From the sequence record OR352959.1: a DNA stretch of 45,321 bases, one strand, 5' to 3'. Numbering within the stretch: position 1 is the first letter of the stretch; each line of letters opens with the position of its first letter. A program made the translations under genes and the position numbers. Source of the DNA: Escherichia phage AV129. A model generated the notes under the pieces. That model did no database searches. It worked only from the letters and a program-made list of their open reading frames with translations, and was not told where the DNA came from. This document shows, one piece after another, positions 8,737 to 18,536 of the stretch.

Positions 8737-11700
8737 CGATTATCTACGATGTCACGGGCCATAAAGGCGGCGGTGGCAAACAGCACACCCCACAGGAGAC
8801 GCCAGACAGCCTGCATTCGCTGGCTAAAATCCGCATCTTGCTCGCGCTGGGCGAAGGTGAGTTCGAAGGCATTACCGACCCTAACGAATTACGGCAGCGC
8901 GTATACCTGGACGGAACACCGATCCAGAACGCCGACCGGTCTGAAAACTTCCCGGGCGCGCGCGTGGAGTTCCGCCCAGGCACGCAGCATCAAGACGTGA
9001 TTCACGGATTTTCAGCGGTGGAAAGTGAACAATCTGTCGGCGTAAAACTGGAAAACGGCACGCCGTGGGTGCGCCAGATTAATGACACCAGTCTTGACGC
9101 CGTGCGCATTCGAATCGGCATTCCGGCCCTGTACACTAACGAAGATAATGGCGACCTGGTGGGCGGGCGCATCGACTATAAGATCGTTGTGTATACGGAT
9201 AACGCCGACCCGCGTGAGTTCAGATTCGCCGCCGTTGGTAAAACAATGTCGCTATATGAGCGCGACCACCGCATCGAATTACCGCCGAACGTGAATACCG
9301 GCTGGCGAGTGGAGGTGCACCGCATAACGGCAGACTCCACATCGGCGAAAGTGGTTAATGATATCCGGGTGCAATCCATCACTGAGATTATCGACGCCCG
9401 CCTGCGTTACCCGCTAACCGCGCTGTTGTTTGTGGAGTTCGACGCCAAAGCGTTCCAGAACATCCCGCGCGTGTCCATCAAGTGCAAAGGCCGCAAAGTT
9501 CTAATACCGAACAACTACGACCCGATTAATCATACCTATTCCGGGGACTGGGACGGCACGTTTAAACGCGCATGGACGGATAACCCCGCGTGGCACTGGT
9601 ACGATATTTGTATTACTGAGCGCTTCGGCCTCGGTCGGCGTATCAAACCGCAAATGTTAAACCGGTACGCGCTCTACCAGATTGCGCAGCGCTGCGATCA
9701 GTTTGTCAGCGACGGCAACGGTGGTCGGGAAATCCGCTTTAAGAATGATATGTACATTCAGTCACAGACGGATGCCTGGACCGTGCTTAAGGATTTAGCC
9801 GCTATCTTTGCCGGTATGACCTGGTGGGGAAATCAGATGTTGAATATCGTCAGTGACCAGCCGGTCGCAGCGGTATCGCACACCATCACCAACGCCTCGG
9901 TCATTGATGGTCGATTCGACTACGCGTCCGGTAGCCAGAAAACCCGGTATTCCACGTTCGCGGTAGCATACGGCAACCCGAAGAACCACTATGAAGATGC
10001 CATCGCAACGGGCCAGCGCGTCGAACTGGTACGCCGCCATAAGATTAACCGTCTGGATATAACGGCGATCGGCTGTACGCGTGAGTCAGAAGCGCAACGA
10101 CGTGGGCACTGGGCGCTAATCTCCAACCAGCTTGACCAGCAAGTTAGCTTTAAGGTTGGCATGGAGGGACTTTTCTTTATTCCGGGTAGCGTAGTCGCGA
10201 TCGCCGATACAAACATTTCTGGCGGCTTCGAGACACGCGGCGGTCGCCTGTTGCCGGACCCTGGCACGCGTACCGTGCTTAACACGGACAGCGAAATCAC
10301 GTTCCGCCCAGGTGATAAATTCCTGGTACGCACCGATAGCGGTAATGTGGAGACTCGCGAGATTGCCAGCGTCAACGGCAACAAGGTCACGCTAAAAACC
10401 GCACTGGATGCCGACCCGATTCCAGACCAACCGTTTTGCGTTGATGGCGACGATATCCAGTTGCAAAAATTCCGCATCACCGACCTGGAATATGACGACG
10501 CCACCAGCACTTTCTCGGTGCGAGGGATTGAGTATAACGATAGCAAATATGATGCCGTCGATAATGGCGCTCGCCTTGACCCTGGCATCTTCACGCAAGT
10601 GCCTGACGGCGTAATGAAGGGGCCGGAATCCGTGACCATAACCCCGTCGCAGATCTCATCGCAAGGCCAGCTAATCACCAACGTGGATATTGTTTTCCCG
10701 CCGGTGAAGGATGCCGTTGTTTATGAAATCCAGTGGCGGCGTACAAGCCTGCAGAATATGGCGATCCAGTGGGGAAACGACTGGGTAAACATCCCCCGCA
10801 CGGCATCTAACGGCGCGCACATTCCTAACGTGTTCTCCGGAAACTATCAGGCGCGCGTCCGTGCGATCGGTATGGGCGAGATTTCATCCCCGTGGGTGTC
10901 GTCCGCCATCACGCCGGTGGAAGGTCGCCTCGGTGGGCTTAACGCACCAATCATCACCAACGCGATTTCTGGTCTGCATCAAATTCTATGGAAGTGGAAC
11001 CACAACAACGCCGCTTCGGATATATCATACACCGAGCTTGAAGTCCGCAAGCGGGGCGAAATGGAATGGAAGTTCTTGACCAACGTCCCATATCCGGGGT
11101 CAGACTATGCGCAAACGTCGCTGGAGTTCGGGATCTACCAGCAGTTGCGCGCCCGTGTAGCAGATAAAATCGGCAACCTGTCGGACTGGTCCGCCCCGTT
11201 TGAAGGCCAGGTGAGTGACAAAGTTGACGAGTACATGAAGGGGCTTGATGACGAGTTCTTGACTTCCGAGGATGGTAAACACTTCCAGGAAGCAATAGAC
11301 ACGATCCCGCAAGGTATCTATGAGTCTATGCTCACCGACGCCCAGCAGATATTCAATGCCCGCGCCGAGTATAAAGGTATTTATGCGGAAATCACGGTGG
11401 CGTATAACGTGGCGACTGACGCCCACAAGGCGGTCGCGCAACTTGAGACGTTGATCGGAACGCGCCTTGACGATGCGGAAGCGTCTATCCACACGTTGCA
11501 GACCGCGCAAAGCACGCACGAACAAGCGTTCGCCCAGTACCAACAAACTGTTGCCGCTAAGTTCGGGGAACAGGAAGCTGCCATCCAGCAAGTACAAACG
11601 GCAACGGCAGACGTAGCGGGCGCACTGGCGGAGTATAAGACCCAGGTCGCGGCGCAGTTCGGGCAGCAGTCCGCAGCTATCGAGCAGAAGATGACGTCCT

Positions 11701-12179
11701 CGTTTAACCATGCGGGCGGTAGTGCCACATACAGCCTTAAGGCTGGCGTGACGTATAACGGGACTTACTACGATGCCGGTATGCAGCTTTCGGTCGTGGC
11801 GGAAGGTGGCGCGGTTAAATCCCGCATCGCGTTCAAGGCGGACCAGTTCTACATCATGCACCCATCTAACGGGTCGCTTTCGTCCGCGTTTATCGTCGAC
11901 GGCGGGCAGGTGTACATCGACACAGCACGTATCAAGAACGCGTCCATCAACTTCGCGCAGATCACAGACACGCTTCAGTCCAATAACTGGAATCCGGGTA
12001 TCAGTGGCTGGCGTATCGCGAAGGATGGCGGGGCGGAGTTCAACAACGTAACGGTACGCGGCAACTTGTTTGCGACCACGGGTAACTTCGGATTCTCCGG
12101 CGGGTCGGTACAGATCGACGCAACCGGCATTAACGTGCCATTACCTGGCGGGGGTAGGGTGAAAGTGGGGACGTGGTGA
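8733..12179 (+). CDS. host specificity protein J-like central tail fiber
   Basis: 1148-aa ORF at the end of the tail tip gene order; N-terminus MTIIYDVTGHKGGGGKQHTPQE is gpJ-like. Confidence 0.85.
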   Translation: MTIIYDVTGHKGGGGKQHTPQETPDSLHSLAKIRILLALGEGEFEGITDPNELRQRVYLDGTPIQNADRSENFPGARVEFRPGTQHQDVIHGFSAVESEQSVGVKLENGTPWVRQINDTSLDAVRIRIGIPALYTNEDNGDLVGGRIDYKIVVYTDNADPREFRFAAVGKTMSLYERDHRIELPPNVNTGWRVEVHRITADSTSAKVVNDIRVQSITEIIDARLRYPLTALLFVEFDAKAFQNIPRVSIKCKGRKVLIPNNYDPINHTYSGDWDGTFKRAWTDNPAWHWYDICITERFGLGRRIKPQMLNRYALYQIAQRCDQFVSDGNGGREIRFKNDMYIQSQTDAWTVLKDLAAIFAGMTWWGNQMLNIVSDQPVAAVSHTITNASVIDGRFDYASGSQKTRYSTFAVAYGNPKNHYEDAIATGQRVELVRRHKINRLDITAIGCTRESEAQRRGHWALISNQLDQQVSFKVGMEGLFFIPGSVVAIADTNISGGFETRGGRLLPDPGTRTVLNTDSEITFRPGDKFLVRTDSGNVETREIASVNGNKVTLKTALDADPIPDQPFCVDGDDIQLQKFRITDLEYDDATSTFSVRGIEYNDSKYDAVDNGARLDPGIFTQVPDGVMKGPESVTITPSQISSQGQLITNVDIVFPPVKDAVVYEIQWRRTSLQNMAIQWGNDWVNIPRTASNGAHIPNVFSGNYQARVRAIGMGEISSPWVSSAITPVEGRLGGLNAPIITNAISGLHQILWKWNHNNAASDISYTELEVRKRGEMEWKFLTNVPYPGSDYAQTSLEFGIYQQLRARVADKIGNLSDWSAPFEGQVSDKVDEYMKGLDDEFLTSEDGKHFQEAIDTIPQGIYESMLTDAQQIFNARAEYKGIYAEITVAYNVATDAHKAVAQLETLIGTRLDDAEASIHTLQTAQSTHEQAFAQYQQTVAAKFGEQEAAIQQVQTATADVAGALAEYKTQVAAQFGQQSAAIEQKMTSSFNHAGGSATYSLKAGVTYNGTYYDAGMQLSVVAEGGAVKSRIAFKADQFYIMHPSNGSLSSAFIVDGGQVYIDTARIKNASINFAQITDTLQSNNWNPGISGWRIAKDGGAEFNNVTVRGNLFATTGNFGFSGGSVQIDATGINVPLPGGGRVKVGTW

Positions 12180-12186
12180 ATGCGAA

Positions 12187-12206
12187 GGGGCCATCCGGCC
12201 CCTTTT
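12187..12206 (+). terminator. rho-independent terminator at a convergent gene junction
   Basis: GGGGCC-atcc-GGCCCC hairpin followed by TTTT. Confidence 0.6.
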
Positions 12207-13179
12207 AATATATGTTAGGAATGACGAGTAACGGGGTTGGTACTGCAATATTTTTACCCGGCATTTGGAATTGTTGCCGTGAGTAGTTGCCAATGACGCG
12301 GTTTTTAGCTATGCGCACATTATTGCCCGCCATTCGTATACCGTTCATGCGTACGTGGTTATAGCCGCCGTTGTTCTCAATAAGCGCGCCGGTGTATGAA
12401 AGCTGGACCAGGCTGTTACCGATGTACTGATCGCCGCCGCCGATATTAATAAGGCGGTCATAAACAAACGGCTTATTCACAGTTGAGAACGTGACCTGAC
12501 CCTGGTTGTTTGTCATGGTGATGCCGTTCCCAGGGGTGGGCGGCGTATTGTTGAATATAACCAAGTCCATTTCAACAGCCGCGCCTACGTCGTCAATCCC
12601 ACCATAGGATGCATTACGGACGATAATACTTCCGCCATCGAAGCCGACAGACACGTTTCCGTCGTCCCAGCGCGCGAATGGGACACCGCCTACTGGTAAC
12701 GGCATACTTCCGTTCACCCACACGCGCTGCGCATATTGGCAGGTCATTAGCCTGGACACATTGGATATAGCGGTGAAGTCCGTCGAATTCGCCACCAGTA
12801 AGCCAGCGTTGCGCGATCCCACCGGCAGCACTTCCATAATCACCCCGCCCCATGATGGAAGCCCGCTATATGCGTTATACGCGTCCTCACCGCGCAAGGT
12901 GATTCCGCTATCCCCATTACGCTGTATTGACGTTATGTAAAACGGATCTGGCAAGACCAGTGTCTGGTCGAAGACTTCCATCACTTCAACGGGACTTGTT
13001 AGCACGACGACCAGATCTGACCCCGGCGTTAGCGGAGTGTTAATAGTTAGCGTCTTGTCAGACTGGCAGCGCTGATAGAATGATGTACAGAATGACGGCG
13101 CGCGTAGCCCAGCGGTTATCTCCATAACCGGTCGCCCGTCGTTGTAGTCGATAAGTATCCCAGCGCCCATTATTACCAC
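12205..13179 (-). CDS. putative tail-associated / receptor-binding beta-rich protein
   Basis: 324-aa Gly/Asn/Thr-rich ORF on the opposite strand between the J-like gene and the side fiber, translationally coupled to an upstream lipoprotein gene. Confidence 0.3.
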   Translation of the reverse strand: MVIMGAGILIDYNDGRPVMEITAGLRAPSFCTSFYQRCQSDKTLTINTPLTPGSDLVVVLTSPVEVMEVFDQTLVLPDPFYITSIQRNGDSGITLRGEDAYNAYSGLPSWGGVIMEVLPVGSRNAGLLVANSTDFTAISNVSRLMTCQYAQRVWVNGSMPLPVGGVPFARWDDGNVSVGFDGGSIIVRNASYGGIDDVGAAVEMDLVIFNNTPPTPGNGITMTNNQGQVTFSTVNKPFVYDRLINIGGGDQYIGNSLVQLSYTGALIENNGGYNHVRMNGIRMAGNNVRIAKNRVIGNYSRQQFQMPGKNIAVPTPLLVIPNIY

Positions 13180-13394
13180 TCCCGTGATTTAACTGATACC
13201 GTACCCGAGAAGTTGCCGTCGCTATCGGCAGACAGACCAGTGAAGCGCATATCCACATCTCCGGCTGGCACTTTCTTCCCGTCGACGTAGCGCAACATGC
13301 AGCTACCGTAGGCAACCGTAATGCAATCGCCGTTGTTGCGTTCTACAGCACAACCGGACAACAGAACCGCACAAATCATAATTAAAGTTTTCAT
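13173..13394 (-). CDS. small lipoprotein, putative superinfection-exclusion (Cor/Llp-like)
   Basis: ATG at 13394 with GGAGA RBS; signal peptide MKTLIMICAVLLSG followed by lipobox Cys; ~73 aa; sits next to the receptor-binding genes. Confidence 0.5.
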   Translation of the reverse strand: MKTLIMICAVLLSGCAVERNNGDCITVAYGSCMLRYVDGKKVPAGDVDMRFTGLSADSDGNFSGTVSVKSREW

Positions 13395-13474
13395 GGTATC
13401 ATCTCCTATATTTGGTTGAGTTTTAGTATTACACCGCTCGATCAAGAATGCAACCAATTTACGAGGATTTAGCT

Positions 13475-15298
13475 ATGGCAGCGGGTACTCTATCCGTAAC
13501 GAATAACAGCAAGGCGGTTGTCGGGGTAGGCACGACGTTTACCGCGTTTAACGCTGGCGACTTCTTAACGCTGGTGGTAGGGCAAGTCCCCTACACTGTT
13601 GCTATCGCGTCAGTCGAAAGCGACACCGCGCTTACGCTGGTGCTGCCGTTCGACGGCCCCACGGCAACCGATCTCGCGTGGGATGGCGTTAAGCGCGATA
13701 CCATGTCACTGGCGACGATGGGCGTAACCGTACAGGCACAGAAAGCATTGCGCTTGATGATTGCAGATGAAAACAACTGGCGTGCAATCTTCGGCGACGC
13801 TGAAGAAATAACTGTGACGTTGCCTAACGGGCTGGTAATGCAGGGTATGTCATGGGGATATCTGTCGCAGTTGATGAAACAGGTCGACCCAGTTGAGATG
13901 CGCAACCTGCAACAGCAAGCCGCCGCATCTGAAGCAGCCGCGCAGGGATACCGGAACGAGGCCGAAGGCTTCAAGACCGAGACGGCGGGCATTCGCGACG
14001 CCACCAATCAGATTAAGGCGGATACGCAGGCGATCCACGACGCCACTAATACCATCAAGACGCAGACTGACCAGATTAAGACTGATACTCAGGCCATCAA
14101 GGACCAGACGAACCAGATCAAGACTGACACCGGCGTTATTCGTGACGAAGCCAATATGGCGAAGGCGGACGCGCAAGCCGCCAGCACTGCCGCGGAGGGA
14201 TTTCGCGACCAGGCCGAGGAATGGGCGCAAAGCGTTAACGCGGATAACCTGCTAACCAAATCCGGCAACCTCGCGGGGCTTGCGGACAAAGGTGCGTCGT
14301 GGGCTAACCTCATGCCGTCCGGCCCGCTTCGAGTAGGCGCTGATCCCGTCGACAATCTGGACGCTGCGACTAGAGGATGGGTGTGGCGCGGTCTTGATGA
14401 CGTGGGGGTGTGGGCCTTACGCAATAACTATGCTTCGGAACCCGCTGGCGGCGCAGAAGTATACGGCGGTCGCTTCGACTCATCTGCGAACGTCGCAGGG
14501 GCCGAAAAATACAGAATGTCGCTGCAACTTCAGGGATTTAATAACGTAGACGCCTGGACACGTTTGGTTACCGCGAACGTCCGCAGCATGGAGAACGCGG
14601 CGACGTGGGACTTTAAGTACGATGGTAAGTTGCTTTTCAACAAAGGATTGGTCCCCACGTCCGCCACGGCGTCGCCGGGTAATACCTACGTCACCCTTGC
14701 GAATACCTGGTATAACGGCCAATACTCGGGCCACGTCGGCTTTGTTGGGGGCGGGGTGGGGACGAGTGGTGGCGGGTGGCGTAACTTTATTTCGTTCGGA
14801 GCGCTGATCCACACGGAGGCCGGTAACTCACACCCCCACGCTATGATTTCGCAGGTCTTTGACTATGATTTGGCGTCGGGGGTACAGCCCAACGGCGATA
14901 TCGTTCGAAACACAACATTCAACCCCGAAGCATATGATATTACCTTCGGCAACAACTCAGGGACTGTTAACTATATTTTCGCAAAGTCACCAGTATCCGA
15001 TAGGGCGCTGAAGCATGATATCGCCAGGATCGATACTCAAGTTGCGTACGATAACGTTATGGCGATGGAATACTCTTCCTTTGTTTATAACTACGACAAA
15101 AAGGAGACGGTCAGACGTGGTTTTATCGCGCAGCAGTTGGAAGAGATCGACCCGCAGTATGTTCGTAAGTACGCCGACGCAACGGGTAAAGAGTTTCTGG
15201 CATTAGATGAAAACGTCCTGTTACTTGACCTTGTCGCGACTGTTCAGCATTTGGCGGCGAAGGTTGAGGCGTTAGAAAGTAAGTTAGCGGAGAAATGA
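13475..15298 (+). CDS. side tail fiber with C-terminal intramolecular chaperone (peptidase S74-like)
   Basis: Nine heptad-like repeats (xIKxDTQ type) in the shaft; C-terminal SDRALKHDIARID...LESKLAEK resembles self-cleaving fiber chaperone domains; ATG at 13475 with gagga RBS. Confidence 0.7.
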   Translation: MAAGTLSVTNNSKAVVGVGTTFTAFNAGDFLTLVVGQVPYTVAIASVESDTALTLVLPFDGPTATDLAWDGVKRDTMSLATMGVTVQAQKALRLMIADENNWRAIFGDAEEITVTLPNGLVMQGMSWGYLSQLMKQVDPVEMRNLQQQAAASEAAAQGYRNEAEGFKTETAGIRDATNQIKADTQAIHDATNTIKTQTDQIKTDTQAIKDQTNQIKTDTGVIRDEANMAKADAQAASTAAEGFRDQAEEWAQSVNADNLLTKSGNLAGLADKGASWANLMPSGPLRVGADPVDNLDAATRGWVWRGLDDVGVWALRNNYASEPAGGAEVYGGRFDSSANVAGAEKYRMSLQLQGFNNVDAWTRLVTANVRSMENAATWDFKYDGKLLFNKGLVPTSATASPGNTYVTLANTWYNGQYSGHVGFVGGGVGTSGGGWRNFISFGALIHTEAGNSHPHAMISQVFDYDLASGVQPNGDIVRNTTFNPEAYDITFGNNSGTVNYIFAKSPVSDRALKHDIARIDTQVAYDNVMAMEYSSFVYNYDKKETVRRGFIAQQLEEIDPQYVRKYADATGKEFLALDENVLLLDLVATVQHLAAKVEALESKLAEK

Positions 15299-15304
15299 GA
15301 ATAA

Positions 15305-15328
15305 GGGGCCATACGGCCCCTTTTTTTT
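15305..15328 (+). terminator. rho-independent terminator
   Basis: GGGGCC-atac-GGCCCC hairpin followed by T8. Confidence 0.7.
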
Positions 15329-15902
15329 AGTTTGAGTTTTCCCAGTCCATTTTGCGCCGCACCAGCGGGCTTTCAAAGTATTCCTTGCCCTCAACTTCCA
15401 CCAAAGGCCAGTCGTTCACAATTACGTACGGCTCCGCGATATCCTCAATCACTCCGTGCGCGCTTTGTGGCCCTAACGACACACCAACCAGGATAACCCC
15501 GGCAACGCGACGTGATAGATATTCGCGAGCGCAACGCGCCTCAACCAGTCCGCGACGGATGCCGCTGGTGGCCTTAACCTCGTAGGTCCATACGGCATCG
15601 ATCACATGCTCGCGGAAGTCTGGACCGGACTTAACCTTGCGCTTTCCTACCATGATAATATCTCCGCGGTCGATGGTGTTGGCGCTAAACAGGCCGGTAC
15701 GCATTAGTAAGCCTTGCGGTATGCAACTACGCCCGCCCGCCTGCCCCTCAAGGTACATGCCTGCAAACATTTCGCCCAGCACACCGACCAGTCGGCTTTG
15801 CTTGCACGCGTCAGACTTTAAGCGCCACTGGTCAAACTCGATGCTTGCTATCATTGCCGCCAGGTGGAATTGTTTACCAGATATTTCGTATTCGCCGTAC
15901 AT
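15327..15902 (-). CDS. hypothetical protein (possible PD-(D/E)xK-type nuclease)
   Basis: 191-aa ORF; GPDF...YEVK resembles a PD-(D/E)xK core; weak. Confidence 0.3.
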   Translation of the reverse strand: MYGEYEISGKQFHLAAMIASIEFDQWRLKSDACKQSRLVGVLGEMFAGMYLEGQAGGRSCIPQGLLMRTGLFSANTIDRGDIIMVGKRKVKSGPDFREHVIDAVWTYEVKATSGIRRGLVEARCAREYLSRRVAGVILVGVSLGPQSAHGVIEDIAEPYVIVNDWPLVEVEGKEYFESPLVRRKMDWENSN

Positions 15903-15944
15903 TGTGGATCCTTCATTGATGCGGGCCGAAGCCCGCTATTAGCA

Positions 15945-16616
15945 TTATTTAAGTGCGCCAGTCACCAGTGTTTTTTCCATGTTACGGAAATCTTCCTGCG
16001 TCATGAGGATTTTCGATCCGTCTTCGCCGGTGAGCACGACCATAGGCTGTCCGTCCTGGGCTACAACTCCAAAATCGCGGGCCTTAACAGTCTTGCTGAA
16101 CGAGGCTACCGTGTCCTCTGCAACGCGAATTGCGCTGTTATACGCATTAATTTCACCGTCGAGACGCACGGACAGGTCCGAAGGTTTGAACGCGCCGCCT
16201 GTCTTGATAGGCCAACCCTTGAGGCTGTCGAATTGCGCTGCCGTTGTATCGATCTGAATCTCGTCATGCACGGTCATGTAAGACTCGCCCAGCAGGGCGG
16301 CATACGCCACCAGATCCACGATGTTATCTTCCTGGTGCTTACGGTGCTGGCGCACCAGCTTCAGGCAGATCAAGAAGGTCCAGGCTTCTTGCTCGGTAAG
16401 GTCGCGACCGGTAAGCGCGTTAAACACGGCGGCGATTTGTTTAGCACTGCGCTCCTCTTTCTCGTTGTCATAGCCGTTTTCTTTTCCGCGCTGTTCCATA
16501 GTGGTGGCGGCGTTTTTGCAGTATTCGTATGCTTTCACAGTATTACCCTTTTTTAGCGAGGGGGCTGTACTGCCCCCGACACGTTTACTATAGTGCAACC
16601 AACCTATTGGTTGCAA
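15945..16616 (-). CDS. hypothetical protein
   Basis: 223-aa ORF with protein-like composition; start uncertain (internal ATG at 16499). Confidence 0.4.
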   Translation of the reverse strand: MQPIGWLHYSKRVGGSTAPSLKKGNTVKAYEYCKNAATTMEQRGKENGYDNEKEERSAKQIAAVFNALTGRDLTEQEAWTFLICLKLVRQHRKHQEDNIVDLVAYAALLGESYMTVHDEIQIDTTAAQFDSLKGWPIKTGGAFKPSDLSVRLDGEINAYNSAIRVAEDTVASFSKTVKARDFGVVAQDGQPMVVLTGEDGSKILMTQEDFRNMEKTLVTGALK

Positions 16617-17074
16617 GTGAATTTTGCAACGTTTATTGCGTAAATTTTCGGGACCAAATCACCACACGCCCGACGAATTGCCGCGATGTTCTTCTCGCAA
16701 TCTTCAATGATGACCAGTTCAGACACGTCCGCGTAGACGACCATTTTGAACACGGCGCACGCCTTAAACTCTGGCGGCGGGGTGTCGTCTAGCATGTGGC
16801 GCATGAACAACCTGCCTGTCGGGAATACTTCCAGTTGCTCGGCGGTGGTCTCCCAACATTCTCGCTGCCGGTTTGTCAGATACGCTATCTCGAAGCCTTG
16901 CTCTTTGTACATGCGCAGCAGCGGCAGCATATCCATGTTCAGGTCTTCGCGGACGTGCGCTTTGTGCCACTTTGCCCAAAAGGTTGATTTCGTTTTTATA
17001 CCCGGCACCAGGTCAGCGCGTGCATCACTCGAACCATTAATAACGCCATCAAGATCACAAATCAGTAGTTTCAT
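16604..17074 (-). CDS. HAD-superfamily phosphatase (nucleotidase-like)
   Basis: N-terminal HAD motif I LLICDLDGVI. Confidence 0.55.
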   Translation of the reverse strand: MKLLICDLDGVINGSSDARADLVPGIKTKSTFWAKWHKAHVREDLNMDMLPLLRMYKEQGFEIAYLTNRQRECWETTAEQLEVFPTGRLFMRHMLDDTPPPEFKACAVFKMVVYADVSELVIIEDCEKNIAAIRRACGDLVPKIYAINVAKFTCNQ

Positions 17075-17295
17075 TTTAAGCTCTCAATAAGGGTGTATCG
17101 GACGCTGCGCGCGGAAAACTTGTTACACACAAGATGCCAACTGGCGGTTATGACAAGCCAGCCGGTAAGATCCAGGCCCCGGATATATTCTGGACGTGAC
17201 ACTCGCTTCACGCGATTGCGGCGCGGGTCGATGTTATAGTCTCTTTGCATTTGGTCTACTACCGCGGGGTCGCGGTCAACGATTAAGATATTCAA
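17071..17295 (-). CDS. hypothetical protein
   Basis: 74-aa ORF packed between the HAD and methyltransferase genes. Confidence 0.3.
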   Translation of the reverse strand: MNILIVDRDPAVVDQMQRDYNIDPRRNRVKRVSRPEYIRGLDLTGWLVITASWHLVCNKFSARSVRYTLIESLK

Positions 17296-17761
17296 GGAGT
17301 TCTCCTTCGCTCATTATTTCAATTTGTGCGCTGCCGATGGGCGGCGCTTCGTCAAATATTATCAATTGCTGGCACTTGTTATTGCTCGGCCCGACTTCAC
17401 CGGTGACAGCGTGAATAAATCTAATCCGCCAGTCCAGAAGAATTATCAGGTTTGCAGTCTTCCGGGCCAACTTCGCCCACTTAGTCGACGTGTCCTGATT
17501 CAGCAGCATGACCGTCCGGCGCCCGTACGCTGCGCACTTGACCCACGGCAGCGGATCTGAATACGGCGGATTGCACCACTTCCACCCTTTCAACTCTGCC
17601 CAGTCCTCATCAAGCGCGCTGTGCTCCGCCGTGAAGTAACGCGGTAGCAGGTGGTTTGCATCGCTTGCCGCCATATCGTAACGGAATCGGTACTTCCGAC
17701 GAAGCGGTTTAAATAAAGCTGGCGGCGTGCGCCAGCTATCTTTTTGCTCACTCTTCTGCAT
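17276..17761 (-). CDS. DNA N6-adenine methyltransferase (phage Dam-type)
   Basis: Catalytic motif NPPY (WCNPPYSD) in a 161-aa protein. Confidence 0.7.
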   Translation of the reverse strand: MQKSEQKDSWRTPPALFKPLRRKYRFRYDMAASDANHLLPRYFTAEHSALDEDWAELKGWKWCNPPYSDPLPWVKCAAYGRRTVMLLNQDTSTKWAKLARKTANLIILLDWRIRFIHAVTGEVGPSNNKCQQLIIFDEAPPIGSAQIEIMSEGELLEYLNR

Positions 17762-18212
17762 GATCTTGGTCTATCGCACACAGGGCAGTCTTTTCGCCTT
17801 TCTTCCGGATTCGCTGTAATCGCAGCGACTCCGACACCCCCAAAGGGCGCTCATCCGGGTAGAAGCTGCCGTTAGTGTTATTGCGCCACGCTATCAGCAC
17901 CAGATCTTTCCGGTCGATCTTAGACTGGCGACCTTTGGGGCGCACGTACTCCTCGGCACGTTTGCAATGCTCGCGCAGACCTTCGGCAGTGATGCGGTTT
18001 AGCGCGACGGTGGTGGTGTATCCGGTGCGCTGCATAATACCCATCAACTCATACAGCAGATCGAAGCGCTCCTCTAATTCCTTGCGCGCCTTCTCCTCGC
18101 CTTCATAGCTCGCCAGGTAGGTGTCTGCCAGCGCGCTAACACGTTCGACCTGTTCGCGGGCTTCGAGGCATTGCGCGGCCCAGTAATTTTTCTCTTCTTG
18201 TAAAATTTTCAT
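17748..18212 (-). CDS. hypothetical protein
   Basis: 154-aa ORF rich in charged helix-like segments. Confidence 0.35.
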   Translation of the reverse strand: MKILQEEKNYWAAQCLEAREQVERVSALADTYLASYEGEEKARKELEERFDLLYELMGIMQRTGYTTTVALNRITAEGLREHCKRAEEYVRPKGRQSKIDRKDLVLIAWRNNTNGSFYPDERPLGVSESLRLQRIRKKGEKTALCAIDQDHAEE

Positions 18213-18455
18213 TTATTTAATCTCCGTAGTGCGGATTTCCTTGCGCGGAATAAATTTGCCGTCTTTCTCGACCCAGCAAGTTCCGAAACGCCATTGGGTA
18301 TTACGGCCTGTTTGCTCGGCATACACGGTCTTGCATTCGTAGCGTTCCGTGTAGTAAATAGCCGCGGTAGGTACGAAAATACAAACGGCAAACATGAGGG
18401 TGAGTATCACCCAAAATCGAAGGTCGCCGTCGTAGTCGAAAAATAATGATCTCAT
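18213..18455 (-). CDS. small membrane protein
   Basis: 80-aa ORF with one strongly hydrophobic segment WVILTLMFAVCIFVPTAAIYY. Confidence 0.4.
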   Translation of the reverse strand: MRSLFFDYDGDLRFWVILTLMFAVCIFVPTAAIYYTERYECKTVYAEQTGRNTQWRFGTCWVEKDGKFIPRKEIRTTEIK

Positions 18456-18536
18456 CGTGTTGTCTCCAGGTATTAAAAAGGGCGTCCAAACCGGACACCC
18501 TCAATATAATGCAACCAATATGATTATGCAACCAAT

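Noticed and set aside
9989-10681. 230-aa minus-strand ORF inside the J-like gene
   Set aside because: Antisense shadow ORF; Ser/Arg/Pro-rich low-complexity translation.
11100-11861. 253-aa minus-strand ORF inside the J-like tail fiber gene
   Set aside because: Leu/Arg-rich antisense translation of a strongly coding region with no RBS or promoter context; a typical shadow ORF.
13893-14255. 120-aa Arg/Pro-rich plus-strand ORF within the side fiber gene
   Set aside because: Alternate-frame reading of the fiber's heptad-repeat DNA; no start context.
15864-16556. 230-aa plus-strand ORF overlapping gene 15945..16616
   Set aside because: Antisense shadow of a minus-strand gene in a minus-strand operon.
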